A stretch of 55,741 bases of DNA, from IMG/VR virus record IMGVR_UViG_3300012919_000008, positions 1-55,741 of that record; one strand, given 5' to 3'. Below, piece after piece: positions 1-10,051 of the stretch. Numbering within the stretch: position 1 is the first letter of the stretch; each line of letters opens with the position of its first letter. The notes under the pieces were generated by a model. That model was given only the letters and a program-made list of their open reading frames with translations, did no database searches and was not told the origin of the DNA. The position numbers were made by a program, and so were the translations under genes. The stretch comes from a virus (lineage: Duplodnaviria; Caudoviricetes).

Positions 1-1138
1 CAAATGAACCTGTAGTTGCAATATCTACATACTGTATTGTTGTATGCGCTCCAGAAGCCCCAATACCTACAAGTAATCCCATAGCAGCAGGGGGAAATCC
101 AGTTTCGTTTTGAACTGCTGCCTCACTAGATGAACAAGCTCCTAATCCATCCCTTGCATCTGTTAAGTCTCCAAAGTCGGTGGCATTACCAGTTGTAGCT
201 ATAGTTACTGAGTCCATTGTATTAGTTGCACTTCCTGTATTACCACCTCCAAATATTCCTGTAGTTGAATTAGCACCCGCACTTAATTTTCTTCTTGCAG
301 CAGTAAGATCACCAAAGTCTGTACTATTTCCTGTACTTGCTATAGTAATATATTGTATTCTATTTACTATATCAGATTCAGAACCTCCACCAAACACTCC
401 TCTAGTACTAGAAGCACAACCAGCAGATTCATCAATAGTAGCAGCTAGATCCCCGAAATCTGTTCCATTTCCTGTTGAAGCTATGGTAACGTATTCAATT
501 ACATTTTGTTTAGCGTTACTAGATATAATCTGACCACCACTAAAAACTGCTCTTGTGGTAGATGCTAATCCAGCCATATCTAGTTTTGCAGCAGTAAGGT
601 TACCAAAGTCAGTAGCGTTACCAGCAGTAGGTATTGTTATATAATCAATTACATCTATCTTATCTGAAACATACCCACCAGCAGATAGTCCTCTAACATT
701 ATTAGATGTACCAGTTACCATAGACAGATTATTATTTAAATCGCCAAAGTCAGTTGCATTTCCAGCACTGCTATATGTTACAAAATCTATAACATTTCCT
801 CTTCCATCAGAAGCTTCTCCACCAGCCCACAATCCTCTTGTGTCAGAGCCATATGATGACATTAATATTCTACCTACTGATAAATCTCCGAAGTCTGTAG
901 CATTGCCTGATGATTCTGGAGCTATCTTATCAATTATGTTTGAAAAACTAGCAGTACCTGCTCCACCACCAAATAGCATTGTGGTAGGAACATTAGTAGC
1001 ATCAGGCCAATCACCTGCTTGACCAAACAATAGTGGATCATGTAAATGCCACACACCAGATGCAGTTGCCGTTGAAAGATTGCTGGATGGCTCGACAGGA
1101 CTTGGAGATATTATGGAGCCTAAATATCGTTCAGTCAT
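1..1138 (-). CDS. Third DFGDL-repeat beta-propeller protein (Kelch-like), truncated at the left edge; absent from the ORF track
   Basis: ATG at 1138-1136 overlaps the upstream stop (TAATG). Manual translation MTERYLGSIISPSPVEPS...SGNATDFGDL... gives six DFG(D/N)L blades, then linker AVQNETGFPPAAMG, and stays open to position 1. Confidence 0.85.
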   Translation of the reverse strand, partial: MTERYLGSIISPSPVEPSSNLSTATASGVWHLHDPLLFGQAGDWPDATNVPTTMLFGGGAGTASFSNIIDKIAPESSGNATDFGDLSVGRILMSSYGSDTRGLWAGGEASDGRGNVIDFVTYSSAGNATDFGDLNNNLSMVTGTSNNVRGLSAGGYVSDKIDVIDYITIPTAGNATDFGNLTAAKLDMAGLASTTRAVFSGGQIISSNAKQNVIEYVTIASTGNGTDFGDLAATIDESAGCASSTRGVFGGGSESDIVNRIQYITIASTGNSTDFGDLTAARRKLSAGANSTTGIFGGGNTGSATNTMDSVTIATTGNATDFGDLTDARDGLGACSSSEAAVQNETGFPPAAMGLLVGIGASGAHTTIQYVDIATTGSF

Positions 1139-3081
1139 TACGATAGTCCTCCATGTGAGTTTGATGCTGCAAACTTTGGTCCATAGTTACCTGCTGTTAA
1201 GTCTCCATAATCAGAAGCATTTCCTGTACTAGCTATAGTAACTTTATCTAATTGCAATACAGATAGATTAAGTTGTGCTGCGTGAATTAATCCAGTAGTT
1301 TTATCTGACACTCCAGAAGCCCTATCTGAAGTGCTAGACAAATCTCCAAAATCTGTAGCATTACCTGTACTAGCTATAGTTACATACTCAATAACGTTTT
1401 GATAAACATTACCATCTGTCGCTCCTCCAAATGATAAAGCTCTAGTGTTAGAAGATAATGCGTTATTAAAAAGTTTAGCAGCTAAAAGATCACCAAAATC
1501 AGTAACGTTACCTGTAGAAGCTATCGTTACATATTCAATTACATTTAATCTATTACTTCCATCATATCCACCTAAAAATAATCCTCTTGTTGTGCTAGAT
1601 GCACCACCAAATCTTTCTTTTGCAACGCTTAAATCCCCAAAATCTGTGCTGTTTCCTACTGACGCTATAGTTACATACTCAATAACATTAAGCCTACCCC
1701 CACTTGCTGCCCTACCACCACCAGTTATACCTCTAGTGCTACTACTAAAACCTGCACTATTTGATTTACCTTCAGCTAAATTACCAAAGTCAGTAGCCTT
1801 TCCTTTAGTACTAAAAGTTATAAACTCTATTACATCTTGTTTACCACTAGATCCTCCTTGTGGTTCAGCTTCACCACCAAAAGAAATACCTCTAGTTGTT
1901 GAAGCTGCACCATTTCCTATACCGTAAGCTGGATTTATGAGATCTCCAAATACACCAACTTGACCATCACTAGCTATATTCACGTACTCTATAATAGATT
2001 CAGCTTCATTGTTTGCATAACCACCACCTAGCACACCTATAGCTGCTGGAGCAAAGAATGATTCGTTTTGTACTGATGGAAATTCAGCAGATGCAGCAGA
2101 GTGTCCAGACGTAGCAGTTGCTAGATCTGCAAAATCTGTAGCGTTTCCTGTTGATCCTATGGTTATTTGATCAATCGTATTTACTGTTGTTGCACCTGCG
2201 TTTGTGCTTCCTCCTAGATACAGACCCTTTGTAGTGTTTGATATTCCTCCTGCCCTAAATGTGCTTTGACTCAAATCCCCAAAATCACTAGCGTTACCAG
2301 TAGAACCCATCGTAATGTAATCAATAACATTTACATTGTCATCAGCAGTTCCGTCTGTGTTACCGCCCATAAATACACCTCTTGTAGAAGAAGCGCATCC
2401 AGAAGCATGAATAACAGAATTAGTCCTATCTCCGAAATCTGTGCTGTTACCTGCTGAAGCAATAGTAACATATTCTATTGTGTTAAGCACAGTGTAAGAA
2501 CTATTTATACCTATAGCACTAATACCTCGCGTTGTAGTTCCTACGATGCCTGTTTGCCCTGCTGATGAAGCGACAGACAAATCTCCAAAATCTGTGGTGT
2601 TGCCCGTGCTTGGAATAGTTATATATTGCATAACATTGTGATAACTACCTGCATCTCCACCAGCAAATATTAATCGAACATTATTATTTCCAATAGAATT
2701 GAGACTAACCCTACCGTCTGTTAAATCACCAAAGTCAGATAAATTACCACTGCTACTATATACTTTATAATCTATGACGTTGCTACGATCTGAACCTCCT
2801 CCTGTTCCTTCACCACCTGCCGTAACAAATCGAGTATCACTGCCACCTCCAGCAACTCGCGTTCTAGCTACTGTGAGATCACCATAATCTGTAGCATTTG
2901 CTGTATTAGATATTTGTAGCATCTGCACTTGATTTGAACCAGCCGAAGCATCAGCAGATCCAGAAGCAACATTTCCTCCAGCTATTAAAGATCTAGGTAA
3001 TAAATTAGCATCAACAGGAAAAGCAGAATTATACTGATACTTTGTCTGTAGTTTCCAAACGCCTGAGAATGATGGAGCCAT
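1138..3081 (-). CDS. Double six-bladed beta-propeller repeat protein (DFGDL repeats), putative receptor-binding/virion surface protein
   Basis: 12 repeats of about VIEYVTIASTGNATDFGDL...SSTRGxxxGG; lies downstream of the tail fibre gene. Function is inferred. Confidence 0.75.
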   Translation of the reverse strand: MAPSFSGVWKLQTKYQYNSAFPVDANLLPRSLIAGGNVASGSADASAGSNQVQMLQISNTANATDYGDLTVARTRVAGGGSDTRFVTAGGEGTGGGSDRSNVIDYKVYSSSGNLSDFGDLTDGRVSLNSIGNNNVRLIFAGGDAGSYHNVMQYITIPSTGNTTDFGDLSVASSAGQTGIVGTTTRGISAIGINSSYTVLNTIEYVTIASAGNSTDFGDRTNSVIHASGCASSTRGVFMGGNTDGTADDNVNVIDYITMGSTGNASDFGDLSQSTFRAGGISNTTKGLYLGGSTNAGATTVNTIDQITIGSTGNATDFADLATATSGHSAASAEFPSVQNESFFAPAAIGVLGGGYANNEAESIIEYVNIASDGQVGVFGDLINPAYGIGNGAASTTRGISFGGEAEPQGGSSGKQDVIEFITFSTKGKATDFGNLAEGKSNSAGFSSSTRGITGGGRAASGGRLNVIEYVTIASVGNSTDFGDLSVAKERFGGASSTTRGLFLGGYDGSNRLNVIEYVTIASTGNVTDFGDLLAAKLFNNALSSNTRALSFGGATDGNVYQNVIEYVTIASTGNATDFGDLSSTSDRASGVSDKTTGLIHAAQLNLSVLQLDKVTIASTGNASDYGDLTAGNYGPKFAASNSHGGLS

Positions 3082-5204
3082 TACGATAATCCTCCATGTG
3101 AGTTTGATGTACTTAATGCCCTATAGTAGTTTCCTTTTTGTACATCAAGATCTCCCCAATCTGCTGCATTACCTGTTGAAGCAATAGTAAATTTATCTAT
3201 TCTTAAACCATTTGAGGAGTCACCTCCTGCATGAACAAGAAGAGAAGTTTTGTCTGATACAGCAGAAGCATATTGAGTTGCAGTGGACATATCTCCAAAG
3301 TCAGTAGCGTTACCAGTACTAGCTATAGTAATATAATCTACAACATTGGAAGCTGATCCAGTAGTACCACCTGCAAATAAACCTCTTGTGTTAGAAGATC
3401 CTGCACCACCTACATATCTAGCAACCGTTAAGTCACCAAAATCTGTAGTATTTCCTGTACTAGCGATAGTAACATACTCCATGATATTCTGATAATCTGC
3501 TCCAGTGTCGTACCCACCCCCAATAACCATTCTCGTTGTACTACTTAATGAATTTAAAGTGGTTCTTGCGCTACTTAAATCACCAAAATCAGTGGTATTA
3601 CTAGTACTAGCAATGGTAATATATTCCATTGTATTTGAATTACTACTAGTAGCAGTGTTGTAACCTAAAGCATAAATACCTCTAGTAGAATTACTAGATG
3701 TTGTTCCAGAATACGCTGTTGCTGAAGCATCACCAAAATCTGTATTTTGACCTTTCGTTGAGAAAGTCGCATATTCTATAACATTAACTGCTGTAGGAGC
3801 GAGAATACCTCCCATAGCAACAGCCCTTGTGGTAGATGCTGCACCACCTTGAACACCACCCTTTTTCTGTGTCAAATCACCAAATTGTGCATGATTTCCA
3901 TCCGTAGCAATATCTAAATAAATTATGGCAGTATCATAATTTGAAGTAGAACCTGTCCACCAAAGTCCACCACCCATTAAACCCATAGCTGCTGGAGCGA
4001 AATATGATTCGTTTTGTACTGCTGCTTCATCAGAACAGTGACCACCTATTTTTTGTGATGCAACTCCTCTAAGATCTCCAAAATCTGTTGCATTGCCAGT
4101 TGAGGCAATGGTAATATAATCAATCACATTTTGATTTTGTCCACCAGCAAATACACCTCTAGTAGACGTTGCTGCTCCAGCAGGATCAAACACTCTAGTT
4201 ACGCTAAGATCTCCGAAATCTTGACCATTGCCAGTGGAAGCTATAGTAACATAATCTATAACATTTGTATTAGAGCCAGTATATCCTCCAGCAAATACGC
4301 CTCTAGTAGAACTAGATAAAGCAGTACCAGTACGAGCAGATGAAAGATCACCAAAGTCTGTCGCATTACCAGCACTTGCTATAGTAAAATATTCTATAAC
4401 ATCAAAGCCAGAAGAAGCAAAACCACCACCATGAATAGCCCTAGTTGATGAACCACAAGCACCTGCATAACCTTTAGCAGCAGATAAATCACCAAAGTCT
4501 GTTGAATTGCCAGTTGAGGGTATAGTGACGTATTCAACTTTATCTACAGCACTAGCATTATTAAATCCACCAAAGTGCATACTTCTTACGTTGTTAGATG
4601 TAGAAGTTGAATATCCTCTAATTTCAGATAAATCTCCAAAATCTGTAGCGTTGCCTAATGACGCAATCGTTACATAACTTATAATATTTGAATACCCACC
4701 AGATTTGTAACCCTCATAAAACAAAGCCCTTGTGTCAGATCCAGAAGCTGCTGAAAACAGTGCATCATCTATTGTATCACCAAAATCAGCAGCATCACCT
4801 GTTGTTGTGACGGTTATGTAATTTATTTCTTTATTAGCACCTCCACCTGAACCAGTTTTCATTCCTATAAATAAAGCTCTAGCTAATGCAGGAGTAAAAC
4901 TATCAGTAGCAGCAGACAATGGGCCATTACCATAATCATTGATTGCCCATACTCTTGCTGTGTAGCTAGTGCCGTTTGTCAATCCAGTGATGGTTACAGG
5001 TGATGCAGAGTTAGTTGCACCAATAACATTTGTACCGTCTGTGGCTGAAGCACCATATAATGTAATAGGATCATCACCAACATCAGAAGGCCCAGTAAAT
5101 GCTACTGATACTTGTCCAGAACCAACAGTAGCTGCACCTATAGTTGGGGCATCAGGCACACTAAGATTGTCCTGACCTCCTATAAAACTTCCTCTGCGAA
5201 CCAT
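3081..5204 (-). CDS. FN3 domain plus double six-bladed DFGDL beta-propeller protein
   Basis: N-terminal PDAPTI...ITGLTNGTSYTARVWAINDYGNGPLS is a fibronectin type III pattern; 12 D/QFGD-type blades follow. Confidence 0.8.
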   Translation of the reverse strand: MVRRGSFIGGQDNLSVPDAPTIGAATVGSGQVSVAFTGPSDVGDDPITLYGASATDGTNVIGATNSASPVTITGLTNGTSYTARVWAINDYGNGPLSAATDSFTPALARALFIGMKTGSGGGANKEINYITVTTTGDAADFGDTIDDALFSAASGSDTRALFYEGYKSGGYSNIISYVTIASLGNATDFGDLSEIRGYSTSTSNNVRSMHFGGFNNASAVDKVEYVTIPSTGNSTDFGDLSAAKGYAGACGSSTRAIHGGGFASSGFDVIEYFTIASAGNATDFGDLSSARTGTALSSSTRGVFAGGYTGSNTNVIDYVTIASTGNGQDFGDLSVTRVFDPAGAATSTRGVFAGGQNQNVIDYITIASTGNATDFGDLRGVASQKIGGHCSDEAAVQNESYFAPAAMGLMGGGLWWTGSTSNYDTAIIYLDIATDGNHAQFGDLTQKKGGVQGGAASTTRAVAMGGILAPTAVNVIEYATFSTKGQNTDFGDASATAYSGTTSSNSTRGIYALGYNTATSSNSNTMEYITIASTSNTTDFGDLSSARTTLNSLSSTTRMVIGGGYDTGADYQNIMEYVTIASTGNTTDFGDLTVARYVGGAGSSNTRGLFAGGTTGSASNVVDYITIASTGNATDFGDMSTATQYASAVSDKTSLLVHAGGDSSNGLRIDKFTIASTGNAADWGDLDVQKGNYYRALSTSNSHGGLS

Positions 5205-5216
5205 TAAGAATCCTTA

Positions 5217-5579
5217 TTAAGCGTCATCAATTTCTTCGTATGAACATACTGCACTTAGATCTCCAGCAGCAGATGCTTGTATTTTTAGTACGTCATTTTC
5301 CATTAAGTATAGACCCATATTCTTATCAATTACAACTAGCGTTGCATCAGCAGGAACTGATATTGTTTTTGCTAGATAGTAATCAGCAGAACTACGTGTT
5401 ATCCACACATCAATAGAGGCAGCATTAGTTCCATCTATATTTGCTATAACAAGCGAGTTAATCTTTTGTACTTTGTTAGAGCCACAAGTTAGCAACGAAA
5501 CAGCAGAAGCTGCAACGTCTGCATCAAACACTGTGTTTGCATAAATAGAACTAACAGCTACAATATTTGGATTTGCCAT
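5217..5579 (-). CDS. Small tail-fibre-associated structural protein
   Basis: 120 aa, beta-rich, AGGAG RBS, lies between the tail fibre and propeller genes. Confidence 0.55.
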   Translation of the reverse strand: MANPNIVAVSSIYANTVFDADVAASAVSLLTCGSNKVQKINSLVIANIDGTNAASIDVWITRSSADYYLAKTISVPADATLVVIDKNMGLYLMENDVLKIQASAAGDLSAVCSYEEIDDA

Positions 5580-5593
5580 TATTTATCTCCTAA

Positions 5594-8017
5594 TTAACCA
5601 AATACCATCGCCATAGCGATAGCTTTACCTGTAGATGCTTTTGCATCAAGTTGAGTTTGTATTGCACTAGTTACTCCTGCTACATAATTTAGTTCAGCAG
5701 CAGTTGCTGATACATTAGTACCACCAATATCTAGAGTAGTCATTGAAACTTCTCCAGCAACAGTAAGAACACCATCAGCTAATGTCATTAAGTCGGTATC
5801 GTCTGTATGACCTATAGTTGTACCGTCAATTAATACATTATCAATATCTAAAGATCCACCTGATATAAGACCAGTGGTTGTAATAGTAGATGACCCAGTA
5901 TCTATATTACCAAAACCAGAAGTTATGCTACCAGAATCTAGAGCACCTGTTGTAACAATACCTGTACCACCTGCTATAGGACTAAAGAGAGATGTTACAT
6001 TAGTTCCCCCTATAGTTATAGCATCAGCCTCTACTGTACCATCAAAGAATGCATCTTTAAACTCTAGTGCATCTGTTCCTAAGTCTAATATTGCATTAGT
6101 ACCCGGTGTTAGTGCACCATCTGTTAATATTAGTTGTTTCTCATTACCTGCATAAAAGTTAATTGTATCAGCAGTTTCAAAGTCTATCTTAGTCTCATCA
6201 TCCTCACCTATCTTTATATCTGTTGCAAGTAATGATGTAATACCTGTCTGTGCTGCGTTGATAGTAAAGGTTAAGTCATAAGGGTCACCGTCTGATCCAT
6301 CTGAAGTATCTGTCCAATCAATATCAATACCACCACCTTCAACAAACTTAACTTCACTATCTTTTGTTATCTGTACTTCTGTACCATCACCATCTTCTAA
6401 AACAAACTGCATGTTAGCTGATTGTGAATCTACGTATGCTTTAATAGATTGCTGTGTAGCTAGTTTAGTTGCAGAGTTAGATGACATATCATCTTCATCA
6501 GCCACAGCAGTACCACTAACACCTGTGTTTAACACTGGACTTGTAAGTGTCTTATTAGTCAGTGTTTGTGTTGCTGTATCACCAACTAAGTTAGATGTAG
6601 TAGCTGGTAGTGTAAGAGTAACATTACCACCAAAAGCACTGTGAGCAGGAGCCTGTAACTGAGCATAATGAGCATTAGATACTTCACAGTAAAATCTAAC
6701 ATAACTTTGTGCTCCAGAGTTTTTAATTGATATACCACCTGATTGCATATCAATACCATTAGAGCCATCTATTCTAACAACACCTGTACCGTTTGGTGTT
6801 AGTGTAATATTACCATCTGATACAGAAACAATATCTTCACCATTTACATCAAGTGACCCACCCAACTGAGGTGTAGTATCTTCTACTACGTTAGCAATAC
6901 TAGCACCTGAAACAGCTAAACCAGATACTAATGTGCTTCTGGTAATTTTCTTTAGTCCACCACCAGAAGTATCTATAGCTAAAAATACATCGTCATTAGC
7001 TACGGTAGATATTTCACTTAGATCACCTACAGCAGTTGGATTAAAGTTTGTGCCATCTGCTATTAGTAACATACCAGAAGTGTTAGTACCCATAGTCAGG
7101 TCATCACCTGATATGGTTAAGTCACCTGCAATTGTAACATCTGCACCAGAGAATGTCAACGCTGTTGTTGTACCTGATTTAATAATTAAGTTACCAGAAC
7201 TGTTAGTCAATGCACCATACTGTGTGCCATCATCTTTTAGTAGTACATCTGCACCATTTGCATCAAGAACAACATCACCTGCTGTATCTATTATTAGATC
7301 GCCTGTATCGTTTACTATGTATGAGTTTGTACCACCATGATATAGATTAAGATCTTCACCTGCACCTATTGTAAGTCTACCTGTGGCACTGTCACCTGTA
7401 AGATCATCTGCATCAGCATCTACGTCTATCTTAACTAAACCACCTGATGTTATATTAGATGCACCATTATCAATGTTACCAAAGCCAGAAGTTATGCTAC
7501 CAGAATCTAATGCACCTGTAGTTACTAAATTAGGCATAGCTGTTATTTCATCATCAAGATATGCAGCTAATGTTTGCACAGTTGTTTGACGCATAGTTCC
7601 AGCATCATTTATAATTAAACCATCGCCATCTGCAATTGCTGTTGTGCCTACTGTACTATCACCGTCCATTAAATTTAATTCAGCACCTGTAGTTGTGATA
7701 GTTGTACCGTTTAAACTAATAGCATCTAAGTATGCCACACCATCTAAGTACAGATCTTTAAACTCCGATCCACTAGAGCCTATATCAAATGCATCATCTG
7801 TAGATGGTGTAATATTAGTTGCTGCTATAGTAAGCTGTTGTGCTGGTCCTAGTTTAGTTATAGCACCACCCTCTGCTGCTGTGCCGTCATGCGTATGCCC
7901 TGATGTACTAAAAGCAGTTACAATGGCATCAAACTCTCCATCAAAGTCAGATGCATTAATAATGTTACCATCGGCTATATTATTAGCAGTATCGTTACGT
8001 GTATATCCTGTTCCCAT
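5594..8017 (-). CDS. Tail fibre protein
   Basis: 807 aa rich in G/T/D/S, internal repeat VTTGALDSGSITSGFGNID, follows the tail tube genes. Confidence 0.75.
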   Translation of the reverse strand: MGTGYTRNDTANNIADGNIINASDFDGEFDAIVTAFSTSGHTHDGTAAEGGAITKLGPAQQLTIAATNITPSTDDAFDIGSSGSEFKDLYLDGVAYLDAISLNGTTITTTGAELNLMDGDSTVGTTAIADGDGLIINDAGTMRQTTVQTLAAYLDDEITAMPNLVTTGALDSGSITSGFGNIDNGASNITSGGLVKIDVDADADDLTGDSATGRLTIGAGEDLNLYHGGTNSYIVNDTGDLIIDTAGDVVLDANGADVLLKDDGTQYGALTNSSGNLIIKSGTTTALTFSGADVTIAGDLTISGDDLTMGTNTSGMLLIADGTNFNPTAVGDLSEISTVANDDVFLAIDTSGGGLKKITRSTLVSGLAVSGASIANVVEDTTPQLGGSLDVNGEDIVSVSDGNITLTPNGTGVVRIDGSNGIDMQSGGISIKNSGAQSYVRFYCEVSNAHYAQLQAPAHSAFGGNVTLTLPATTSNLVGDTATQTLTNKTLTSPVLNTGVSGTAVADEDDMSSNSATKLATQQSIKAYVDSQSANMQFVLEDGDGTEVQITKDSEVKFVEGGGIDIDWTDTSDGSDGDPYDLTFTINAAQTGITSLLATDIKIGEDDETKIDFETADTINFYAGNEKQLILTDGALTPGTNAILDLGTDALEFKDAFFDGTVEADAITIGGTNVTSLFSPIAGGTGIVTTGALDSGSITSGFGNIDTGSSTITTTGLISGGSLDIDNVLIDGTTIGHTDDTDLMTLADGVLTVAGEVSMTTLDIGGTNVSATAAELNYVAGVTSAIQTQLDAKASTGKAIAMAMVFG

Positions 8018-8023
8018 GTTATG

Positions 8024-10051
8024 TTACCTTCTTGCGTGTGTAGCATATTCCAATGTTAATGCGTCAAGCGCATATGGAACATCTGTGTTATTATCTGCTT
8101 CAAACTGTGCAGACACTGTATTTCCTGATCCTACTGTCTGTGCAGAAAATACCTTTTGTAGTTTAGCTCCAAAAGTAGCTGTGCCAAATACACCTGTACC
8201 AAAAAATTGAGAAGCATTACTAGATGCATTTGTAAATGTAACTGCTGGCATTACAACAGCCCCACTTTCATCAAAGTCAAACTTTAAGTTTAGATCAAAG
8301 TTAACTCTACCTTCAGGGTCTAAATAGAACTGTGCTTTATATATTGTCTTTCTAAGTCTTGGATCATTGATTGGATAGAACGGTGTAGCAAATGTAGTAG
8401 CTATATTATTACCATCAAAACTAGATGTGTCATTCTCCATTCTATGTAAGAAACCTTCTTTACCAGAAAAGATAACAAACTCTGTAGTGCCTGAATAAAC
8501 ACTGGCACATGCTGTTACCTGTATACCCCTAGTTTCTGCAAAGTCAATTACAGATTCTTCACCCGGTGATGCAAACTGTGTAAATAATATTCCTTGTGCA
8601 TTAGGTCTAGTAAAGTTTACATTCCAACCAAACAACCTATACTGTGATTTATTACGTACAACTAAACTAAAAAAGTCTGTGTGTAGTTTTACAAACTCAT
8701 TAAATGTACCCTGTATCTTTTTAGTTATAGGTGCTAAACCAAAGTCACCAATACGTTCAGTAGCACTAAGAAGTCTTAGACCATCAGGAGCCATAAAGAC
8801 AACATCACCACCTATCTCTTGTACACTGTCAGTCTGTGTACATCCTATGTCACGTGTTATAGGTTGTAAGTTAAACGTTGCTAGTGCATCACCATTTAAT
8901 CTAAAAATAGATGAGGTAGTAAAAACTATAAGCTGATCTCTAAAACTTTTTATTGCAACAATGTCAGCATCTAATCCTATACTACCAGCACCGTTACCAC
9001 TTTCAAAGTCTGTAGTAGTGAGTGGTGCACCAAAACTTAACACTCTACCTTTACCGTAGAATATGTGGTTCTTATGTGTAGCAACAACCTTTGCACCTAT
9101 CACATCTGATGGTGCACTGTCTAACACAGTAAATGTAGTACCATTATATAATGCAGGTGCATTTGTTCCGTCTACTATTACAAGTGTTGTAGTTCCTGTA
9201 AAGTCCACTTCATCAAAACGTGTATTAACTGCACCTTCTCTATCACTAGAAATAAAAGTTATAACTGCATTGTCTGCTGGACTACTCGCTAGTTCAGGAT
9301 GAATAGTTATATTTACTTCTTTACTAGCCGAATCAGAATATGATGAGACAGTTGTTTCAACTCTATACACGTTATCTATTGCAGCTAGGTTACTGCCATC
9401 AGCATTAGATATTGTAAATACATCACCTGCTTGTGGAAATGTATCAAAACCATCTGCCACTAATGTTGTGCCTGTTTGACTAGCACCGTCAACTAATGGT
9501 GTGCCATAGTTAGGTTTATTTATTTTAGTGTAACCACTACCTGATGTTTCTACTAAGTCAGCATTCATAGCAACGACAGCTTTAGCATTAAAGTATGTCA
9601 TGCCATTTGCATAGTTAGCTGTAGTAACTGTAACAAACGTAACCACTGCACCATTAGCAGGGCTTGAAGCTAGAGAACTAGTAAGTGTTAGTGTGACCTC
9701 ATCTCTAGCAGCATTATAACTGACACCACCTGAAGCTACTGTGTATGTGCCAGATACACCATCTATTGTAAGTGTGTCACCAACAGCAGGTGTAGTATGT
9801 ATGGCTCTTAATGCTAATGATGTACCTGATTGAGATGCACCATTTACAACTGGATTACCATATGGAGCTATGATAGCACTATCAAACTTTTCATATCCCT
9901 GTATACGTTTGTAACCTCCATCAATAGATGGTTCATAGTTACGTAGTATACGTGCAGAACCGGGTGCATTAATAGCCTGTTGCAGTGGGCTAAGATTAGT
10001 TATAAGCCCACCCTTAAACTCTATTCTAAAAGTCTCCCAAGCGTCAGGCAT
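8024..10051 (-). CDS. Tail tubular B / nozzle (P22 gp10-like stabilisation) protein
   Basis: 675 aa, N-terminal FKGGL, propeller-like C-terminal half (DIGC...VFMAPDGLR), position after the adaptor gene. Confidence 0.7.
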   Translation of the reverse strand: MPDAWETFRIEFKGGLITNLSPLQQAINAPGSARILRNYEPSIDGGYKRIQGYEKFDSAIIAPYGNPVVNGASQSGTSLALRAIHTTPAVGDTLTIDGVSGTYTVASGGVSYNAARDEVTLTLTSSLASSPANGAVVTFVTVTTANYANGMTYFNAKAVVAMNADLVETSGSGYTKINKPNYGTPLVDGASQTGTTLVADGFDTFPQAGDVFTISNADGSNLAAIDNVYRVETTVSSYSDSASKEVNITIHPELASSPADNAVITFISSDREGAVNTRFDEVDFTGTTTLVIVDGTNAPALYNGTTFTVLDSAPSDVIGAKVVATHKNHIFYGKGRVLSFGAPLTTTDFESGNGAGSIGLDADIVAIKSFRDQLIVFTTSSIFRLNGDALATFNLQPITRDIGCTQTDSVQEIGGDVVFMAPDGLRLLSATERIGDFGLAPITKKIQGTFNEFVKLHTDFFSLVVRNKSQYRLFGWNVNFTRPNAQGILFTQFASPGEESVIDFAETRGIQVTACASVYSGTTEFVIFSGKEGFLHRMENDTSSFDGNNIATTFATPFYPINDPRLRKTIYKAQFYLDPEGRVNFDLNLKFDFDESGAVVMPAVTFTNASSNASQFFGTGVFGTATFGAKLQKVFSAQTVGSGNTVSAQFEADNNTDVPYALDALTLEYATHARR

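Noticed and set aside
1-5204. Repeat array as a CRISPR array or diversity-generating retroelement
   Set aside because: The repeats are degenerate, in-frame protein repeats; no reverse transcriptase or adenine-specific TR/VR pair is seen.
180-8936. Numerous + strand ORFs with SPKSV repeats and other antisense ORFs
   Set aside because: They are reverse-complement shadows of the minus-strand propeller and tail genes (SPKSV is the antisense of TDFGD).
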